Assembly (NCBI GenBank): GCA_951406725.2 | Contig: OX597818.1 | Location: forward strand, 6,014,001 to 6,078,000 | DNA length: 64,000 nucleotides | Direction: 5' to 3' | Origin: Octopus vulgaris | Taxonomy: Eukaryota | Part shown: piece by piece, positions 56,399 to 64,000 of the stretch | How positions within the stretch are numbered: position 1 is the stretch's first letter | Layout: every line of letters starts with the position of its first letter | Position numbers and translations under genes: made by a program | The notes under the pieces: generated by a model | What the model was told of the DNA's origin: nothing | Databases searched by the model: none | What the model saw: the letters and a program-made list of their open reading frames with translations, nothing else

Positions 56399-56980
56399 GT
56401 TAGGTGGTCAGTCCAGCGTAGCGTGACGTCATCAACGTTTTGACCAATCGTTTCGTTAGGTGGCTTTAGTCAAGCAGAACGGGACGTCATCAACATTCTG
56501 ACCAATCGTGACCTATCGCTGTATTATAACTGCCTCTTGTCTGTATCCTGTTTTGACCAGTCGTTTCGTTAGGTGGCTTAGTCAAGCAGAACGGGACGTC
56601 GTCAAGATTCTGACCAATCACGACTTATAGCTGTATTAGATCTGCCCCTTTTCGTTAGGTGGCTTAGTCAAGCAGAACGGGATGTCATCAACATTCTGAC
56701 CAATCGTGACCTATCTCTGTATTATAACTGCCTCTTGTCTGTATCCTGTTTTGACCAGTCGTTTCGTTAGGTGGCTTAGTCAAGCAGAACGGGACGTCAT
56801 CAAGATTCGGCCCAATCACGACTTATAGCTGCATTAGATCTGCCCCCTGTCTGTTTCTTGTTAGGTGACTAGTCAAGCAGAAAAGGACGTCATCAATATT
56901 CTGACTAATCTCTGCCCCCTGTTTGTATCCTGTCCATTCTAGCAGAACTAGACGTCATCAACGTGTTGACCAATCAGAAT
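56399..56980. repeat. Tandem array of 7 units carrying GACGTCATCAA and CCAATC motifs
   Basis: Unit starts (gttaggtg) at 56399, 56455, 56568, 56654, 56766 and 56860, plus a partial unit at 56941. Confidence 0.9.
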
Positions 56981-57152
56981 CGGGTCTGACCCTTAGCTGT
57001 ATCGTATGTGGTCAGTCCATCAGGGTCAGATTTGCACGAAAAAATTGTTTTCCTTTTTTACTAAGGCATATTTCCGTCAGTGCGAGTGACTATTTAAGGT
57101 AGCGGCCGTGGTGGAATTTTGCTTCTCCTTTTCGGAGGACTTAACTTTTGTT

Positions 57153-59449
57153 TTAGTATTCCTGGCCCAGGGTGTTTAAACTTGGTCTAAATTTTTTTAT
57201 GAAATACAGTTCTTTATTTTGGCGTTGTGTGAAGGTTGCGTTGTCACTGAATTTATAGAGCGGGTTAGTTGTAAATTTCGGATTTACATTTCCAGCACAT
57301 CTATCTATGTGTCCGCTGACCGGTATTTTGCGGTAATCAGGGTTTCTAATTTGCGATTTATGCACCGCCATCCTGTTACGTAAGCTATTTTTTGTATGGC
57401 CTATATACTGCCTATTGCAGCCTGCGCATGTTATGACGTAAATTAAGTTTTCTGATGCGCAGGTGAAGTTTGTTCTAATGGTGAACTGGTGGCCTTGTTC
57501 CAGTATAAATTCTGATCCTTCTTTCAAGATGACACAGATTCCGCAGTTGGGCCTTCCACATTTTCTAACTGCTGGTTTTGTGGTTGATGTTGAGTGCAGT
57601 GTAGCTTGGGTTAAAATCCTTTTCAAGGATTTTGGTTGCCGTTTACTTTTAATGATGGTGTGTGTTTCGAGGATCCGGTTCATCTTTGGGTCTCCCTTTA
57701 GTAGGGCTGTGCTTTGTAGTATGGTGTTGAAGGCCTCATTGTTGAGTGGGTTGTGTGTAGAGATGTAGGGAAGAGTTTTAATTGTTCTTTCTTTTTTGGT
57801 TTTGTTTGTCTCAGGTCTTCTTTACTTAATTTAAGTACCCGTTGGATTGCACTGTCTATTAGGGGCTGTGGATAGTTTCTATTTGTGAGTGTGGTTCTAA
57901 GTTCCTGGAGACGTGTGTGTCGGGTGTTTGTGTCTGATATTATGGTGCAAATCCTTCTAGCTATACAAAAAGGGACATTCATTCTAGTGTGTCGTGGGTC
58001 GCATGAATCAAAGGGTAGGTACTGTTTAGAGTCTGTCGGTTTATAGTAGATATCTGTCTCTATTGTGTTGCCGGTTTTCTTAATGAGGATGTCTAAAAAT
58101 GGTAATTCTTTTTCGTTGTGGTCCATCGTGAATTGTATATTGTCATTTATTCCATTTAATAGTATTTTAAATTGCTCAAGTTTCTCTATACCTTTGTCCC
58201 AGATGATGAAACAGTCATCGAGGTATCTTTACCAGTTGTTATGGATATAGGTGGCGAAGGTGTTTCCATATTTCTCGAGTGTTATCCGGTATAGTATTTT
58301 CTCGAGGTATCCCATCACTAGGTTGGCAAAAGATGGTGCAGTACGCGTGCCCATCGCTGTTCCCGATCTTTGTCTGTAGAAATCATTGTCAAAAATAAAA
58401 TAATTGTTCTCTAAAATGAATCTAAGTCCTTCTATTATAAGGTCTTTGTTTATGCGAGTTGGGAGTTCAAAGGGGTAGTTATTCAGCCAGAAGGTGATCG
58501 CTTCTATTCCTAGGTTGTGAGGGATGTTAGAATAAAGATTAACTACGTTGAATGATACTGGAAGGGTTTTCTCATTGACTGTTTTAGGGAGGTGGTTGAG
58601 CATATCTATATCGTCTCTTACGTAGCTTTTGATGTGTTTTAGGAAAGGTTTAAGAAGTGTGTCTAAGAAATTGATGAGGCGGTGAGTTTCACATGCTGGC
58701 CCTGCTATTATCGGTCTTAGTTTAAGATCTTTTGTTGAAGGGATTTTGATGAGTGTGTCGGTGGATGTTTTGCACGTTTCTCTAATTATTTGGCTTTTGT
58801 GTACCTTAGGGATACCATAGAACAAACTCGATTTGCATTTGAAGTTAGTGATGTATTCATACTCCTTGTTCGTGAGTCCTTCTTGGTGTGTGTTGATTAA
58901 TGTCCTAAGGTTATGCATTATTTTTTGCTGATTATACTGTTGGGCCCTTTCATAATACGTTTCATCTCTTAATAGGGATAGCACTAAATTTTTATAATCG
59001 TTTGTATTCATTATTACTATCGCGTTGCCCTTATCTGCCTCCTTAATTGTTATTGTTTTGTCTTCTCTTAGTTTGATGAGGTCGTGCCATTCTCTTTTGT
59101 TGAAGTTAGGGCTGTGTTTTTGTTTCTTGATGAATTGAAACGGGAAATTAGTTATGTAGTCACAATAGCGGTCTAAGGCTTTATTCTTTCCCTTGGTGGG
59201 GGTGTAATTGCTCTTGTTTCTAGCTATTGAGTCCTCCTCTATTTGTTTGTCTTGAAATGCCTCGGTGAGTCTTAGTTTTCTGCAAAATTCCGAAATATCA
59301 TCTTTCATTTCATAGTAATTAGAACGTTGTGGGGTAGGTTTAAATTTAAGTCCTTTGGAGAGTATGCTTATTTCGTTAGGTGTAAGTTCTTTGTTTGAGA
59401 GATTGATTATCTTAATTACCTGAGGTTTCTTTTGTTTGTCCTTTGCCAT
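57153..59449 (-). pseudogene. PLE RT-endonuclease ORF with one nonsense codon and one frameshift
   Basis: The TAA at 58229-58231 sits directly before RYLDD in the same frame as 57698-58126. A frameshift near 57780 joins LPYISTHNP..KMNRILETH. Confidence 0.88.
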
Positions 59450-61207
59450 CGTGTGTACCTGTTCTTGTGTGTAAGGTCTAAAAAATGGTTGGTGTAGTTA
59501 TGTTCAAAGCTACTATTTATCTGTCTCTTATCTGTCTCTTATCTGTCTATTTATCTGTGGATATATATATATCCACACACATACATATACACATACACAT
59601 ACACATACATATACACGCACGTAAATACACGCACTCACATACATGCGTATATTCCTACTAACACCCATACATTTCTATACATATATACAATACATATATA
59701 CAAGTGTACACATACTATATGTGAATAGTCTTAGGAGAAAAGGTAATTGGGGGTGCTGGGGGAACGGTGGGGGTGGGGGGTTTGTGGGTGGGGTGTCGTC
59801 AATCGGGTTGTCGGGTGGGTCTGTAGTTTTTGTAGTTTGCATAAATTTTATGCATGCAATTTGGGGAGTGTTCCGAGATCTTGTTGAGGAGGGGGCCTTT
59901 GGCGAACAAGATCTCCAGGCTCTCAGAAATGCAAAGGTCACAGCAGGTATGGCCTCCTGTGTACGAACGCGCCCTCTGTAGTAGTCTCCACTTGATCTTG
60001 AAGGGTATGGAGTTCCTTTTAAGGTACCAGATGTGGGCGGCGAGGGTAGTTTGGTTGGATTTGTCAGGTCGCCGGAACGAATGTGTGTGGGCGTACCAAC
60101 GAGTCTTAAAGCTGTTTGACGTCATTCCGATGTACGATTTTCTTTTATCATCGGGGCCTGATCGTACCTCGCATGTGTAGACGAGGTCCTTCTGTAGGCA
60201 GTTGTTGTTGAGGGGGCAAGTGGTTTTATCAGGGCAGTTAAAATTGCTATCGGATGTTGGATGGGCCTCGGAAAAGTAGATTTATTAAGTTTTTTCACGT
60301 TATTGTTGGCTAGGTTCCTGGCTAGATTGGGCGTGGTAGAGTAGGAGAGTCTAATGGTGTTCTTATTTAGGATTGTATAGTACTTATGTTGGGTGGGGAA
60401 GTGTTTCTGTAGGAGAGTGAAGAAGATTTTAGCTACAGGTGTAGCGACCTCACGGTTGAAGGGGGGATTGTACCAGCTAATGTGTCTTCGCCTATTTTTC
60501 CTGGGTTGGCGTGGGGCTATGCTAGTATAGGTGATCTTATCTTTAAAGCCACTGCGGGCCAGGGCTTCGTTGTAATAGGGGGCTGCGGCATTAAAGATAT
60601 CTTCAGTAGCGGACAGGCTAGATATTCTAATTGAGACACTTTTTACTAGGTTGTCTAATATATTTTTGGGGTGGTTGGAATTAATGTCTATATATCTAAG
60701 GGATTCATTTGGTTTGTGGTACGGGTAATAAAGTGAGGTTTTTAAGTCGAGGGTAACGTCAAGAAAGTTAGCTTTGGTTAAGTTGGATTCTAAGGTAATC
60801 CTAAGGCCTAAGTTTTTTAAAAAAGTGTAAAGGTTTTTCCGGAACCCATCCGTGGTCCTGGGGTTTATTTTGTGGAGGCCGGCTAAGCTAGCTCCCTTGG
60901 GAGAGCTGGCCTGTTGGGTCGAGGTCAAAGTGTGGGTATGTATAGATATATGAGCGTGTATGTATGGGGGTGTATATCCCCCTTTATATTTGTATTTGTA
61001 TTTATATTTATATTTATTTTTAGATATATGTGTGTAGGGATATGAGTGTATGTATGAGTATGGGTATCGGTGTGTACGTAGATGTATGTAAATAGGTGCA
61101 TATGTACATGTGTATATGGATATGTGTGTGTATGTGTATGTATATGTGTATGTGTATATATATAAATATATATATATATATATGTGTGTGTGTGTATATA
61201 TATATAT

Positions 61208-61263
<56 letters not shown>

Positions 61264-61485
61264 TTGTACGTGTATATATATGTGTATATATGTGTATAAG
61301 TGAGAGTCTCCTTATTTACCTAAAACCCTATTATTCTATTTATTCTTTTATCTACTTTATCACTAATTCCTTTGACCACTCCCCTAAGAATGATAGTTTG
61401 CGCCATGCTTACCCCAAAAAGTCCCCCACCATCACCCCTTTAAACCTGCCTAAATGTATAAATGCCAAAACTATTCTTGTTACCT

Positions 61486-61536
61486 AGCTTCCTGATGATT
61501 TCTTTTGAATGAAACAGTTCTAGTCCTGTAGAAGCT
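61486..61536 (+). ncRNA. Canonical-core type I hammerhead
   Basis: agcttc CTGATGA t-ttc-tttt-gaa-t GAAA cag-ttctagtc-ctg TA gaagct; predicted cleavage after GUA at 61530. Confidence 0.82.
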
Positions 61537-61542
61537 CCTTCT

Positions 61543-61582
<40 letters not shown>

Positions 61583-62841
61583 TAGGCACACGTAGTACAT
61601 ATATATATGTATATATACATGTATATATGTACCTATATATATAGACTTATATCAATATGTATGCATATATTTTTGTATTTATTTAGTATTTGTCATTCAC
61701 TTAAATCTGATTATACATTACAGCAAATATAGTGTTTAAATGTCATAATTGTAGTCTACAGAATGATATTTCTATAAAATACTGACCATAGAATGTCTGA
61801 GAAATCCCAACGTAAATGTCAACAACATGATTCAAAATGGTGTGTGAAAGGGTTTCTCTTTTGGATCGTTTCCCATTCAGACGCCCGTCATGCTGTATTT
61901 GAAAGCATAATATTGGCTCGAAAGCATTTTGTATAAGAGATAATCGAGTACGTTTTTTTAACATTTCCGATCACACCATAATTTGCCAAATGTCATATCG
62001 CCTTTTTCTATTGAGAATTTTCCTTAACTTTAGCAATGATTCAATGACTATATAACATAGAAATTATCTAGGATTCAATCCCCTTTTATGGGAAATGTGG
62101 AATAATCCTTTCCATAATCTGAGCCAGGTTGTATGTGGAAAATCTTTTCGATATCCATTTCAGATGTGCATGTGATAAATCTTATTTTCCTTAATCTTTC
62201 GTTTTTTCCAGTGATGACTGCAGTCATGCTGGGGCACCGCCTTGTATAAGTGTAATCAAACGTATCTACCCCAATAAACCAAATAACTTTTTGTCTAACT
62301 GCTTTAGTTATGGGAACTGAAACACACCAGCAGGGGTAATCAGTCGGTAGTGGGGAACAAATGAAGACACGTAGATATCTACAAATATATATATATGTGT
62401 GTGTGTGTCTGTGTGTGTGTGCGTGTGTGTATGCTTCACATATGAGAGAGAGAAGTAAAACAAGGGACAATTTATTCCTAACCACGAAGCTCGTCTCCTG
62501 TAAATGTCAATATAAACCTCCAGTTGATTTTTCGTTCTATTCTGATCCCATGAATATTGTGTTTTTATATAGAGGTGTGTTGTCATCGGAGAATTACATT
62601 TTATTTGATTAATTCATTTTATCTATGATACCTTATTCTTTTCTCCTTGTATACTTTATTTTATTGCTTATATGAGAAGAAATCTTCATCATATATTATT
62701 TCCTTATGGGGACGCATATTACGCTACAATTACCAAAAATGTATGATCTGCCAATAATAAAAGAGATACCTTTTGAAAATTCAACTGAGGAGACGCATAT
62801 GCAATAATACTATAATGCAACACAATTGTTTATACAGCATC

Positions 62842-62886
62842 TTACCTAAAAGTTACCGGGAACGATGGTCGAAACGATCGTAGTGA
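62842..62886 (+). ncRNA. Decayed hammerhead relic related to 27972-28075
   Basis: Shares GAAACGATCGTAGTG; stem I ttac/gtga; the first core is eroded to CTAAAAG. Confidence 0.4.
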
Positions 62887-64000
62887 TTATGAATTAAACA
62901 TCTCTTAAATTCCTCTTCCTTTCTCTCATATTTTCTATTGTCTATGAAAGTAAATCCAGTGTTGTATATATCCATAATGTTCTTGACATCAGGTAGCCGA
63001 ATACTATGAATCGGCTTTAAACAGCATACTACAATGTGTATACCCGCATATACAATTATCAATTATATGTATATATACGAATTCATCATATATGACAAGT
63101 AGATCCAAATATCATTTACAAGTATTTCAAAAAATACAGAGTATTAGACAACAAAAATACGGATGGACAAAATCACATTTTAATTGGCGAATTCACCACA
63201 AAAAAGCTGACGGTAGGCTCTGCTGTATCGACACAATTTGATTGCAAATATCATTCAATTAATATATCCGAAACAAAACATGTTAACTCAACGTTTTCAA
63301 GGTGATCTGAAATTCTTTAAATTCAAAGTGAACTTAGAAAATATCTCCTGTACAGAAATGAATACAAACAGAACGTAAAGAAGAAATATAATGTGAGAAA
63401 AGCATTTTTTGCATTCGACTCTTATTGATGCCAGTGGATAACGACAGAATATAAAAAAATATACGTATGAATTCTAATTTTCGACAATTAGAAACAGAAA
63501 TTGTACGACACGAAAGTTATTTATGTATCTGATAAATATGATAGACACTTTTAGAAGAAATTTATGCTTATTATATAATAGTAAGAGAACAATAGAATAA
63601 GAATAAGAACAGCAAAAGAGAACGATAGAATAAGTACTAGGCTTACAGAGAATAAGTTCTGGGTTCGATTCGTTCGACTAACGGTGGTACCCTAGTATGG
63701 CTGCAGTCAAATGACTGAAACAATTAAAAGAACAAAAGAATAAATGTATATACTCAACTAAACACACTCACACGCAGGCGCGCACGCACACACACACAGA
63801 AACACACACACATATAGATGGAGAGATAGAGAGATAAATATTGATGCATGATATATATATTTTTCAAAGCTCTATTCCAAAGTAATTGTATTTACTTAAC
63901 TTTTCAAATGTTTTTACACAATTGTTGTAATCATTATTTATCAAGGTAAGTTTTTACGACATGGTTTGGTCGCTCGATTTAAACACTCCGAACACTTGGA

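Larger units (their letters stand above)
55962..59560 (-). mobile_element. Near full-length Neptune-like PLE (RT + GIY-YIG)
   Basis: IINLS..LSKGLKFKP, ADKGNAIVIM, FYGIPKVHK, LRPIIAG, SFNVVNLYSNI, QRSGTAMGT, RYLDD, LPFLD, CGRPNCGIC linker, LIYVITC..YIGHT..R..H. The 3' UTR carries a tandem array and a hammerhead. Both ends abut TA tracts. Confidence 0.92.
52914..61545 (-). mobile_element. 5'-truncated Hydra-clade-like PLE with an inverted pLTR, interrupted by nested insertions
   Basis: ORF remnant 60875-59799 (NFLDVTLDL..YHKPN..SNHP..ISWYNPPFN..KHFP..CPDKTTCPLNNNC..SYIGMT..FKTRWYAH..CDLCISE) with one frameshift near 60260. 60876-61543 is the reverse complement of 52992-53639. (TA)n at both ends. 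Confidence 0.85.

Noticed and set aside
56399-56980. CRISPR-like repeat-spacer appearance
   Set aside because: Inter-repeat segments are homologous to each other and vary widely in length. The context is a eukaryotic retroelement UTR with no cas genes.

Overview
AT-rich, microsatellite-dense eukaryotic DNA with no convincing host protein-coding exon. The SINE families and repeat style resemble an octopus/cephalopod genome; that is an inference from memory, not a search. The window is mostly transposon debris: an R4/Dong-like LINE 5' part, an RTE 3' end, DD37E (TRT) Tc1, mariner and Helitron remnants, and several tRNA-derived SINE families. The dominant component is at least 10 Penelope-like element (PLE) pieces, including Hydra-like, Neptune-like and unassigned types. 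Most PLE ends abut (TA)n tracts. Three insertions (42.9-44.1, 49.4-52.5 and 52.9-61.5 kb) share a fold-back architecture: a 5'-truncated element capped by an inverted copy of its own 3' end. The PLE termini carry about 15 intact or decayed minimal type I hammerhead ribozyme motifs from about 7 families. Across these families the core 3:8 pair appears as C-G, U-A and G-C, and stem III is usually a short palindrome, suggesting dimer-dependent cleavage. Most ORFs in the supplied track are microsatellite artefacts. All alignments and folds were done by eye.
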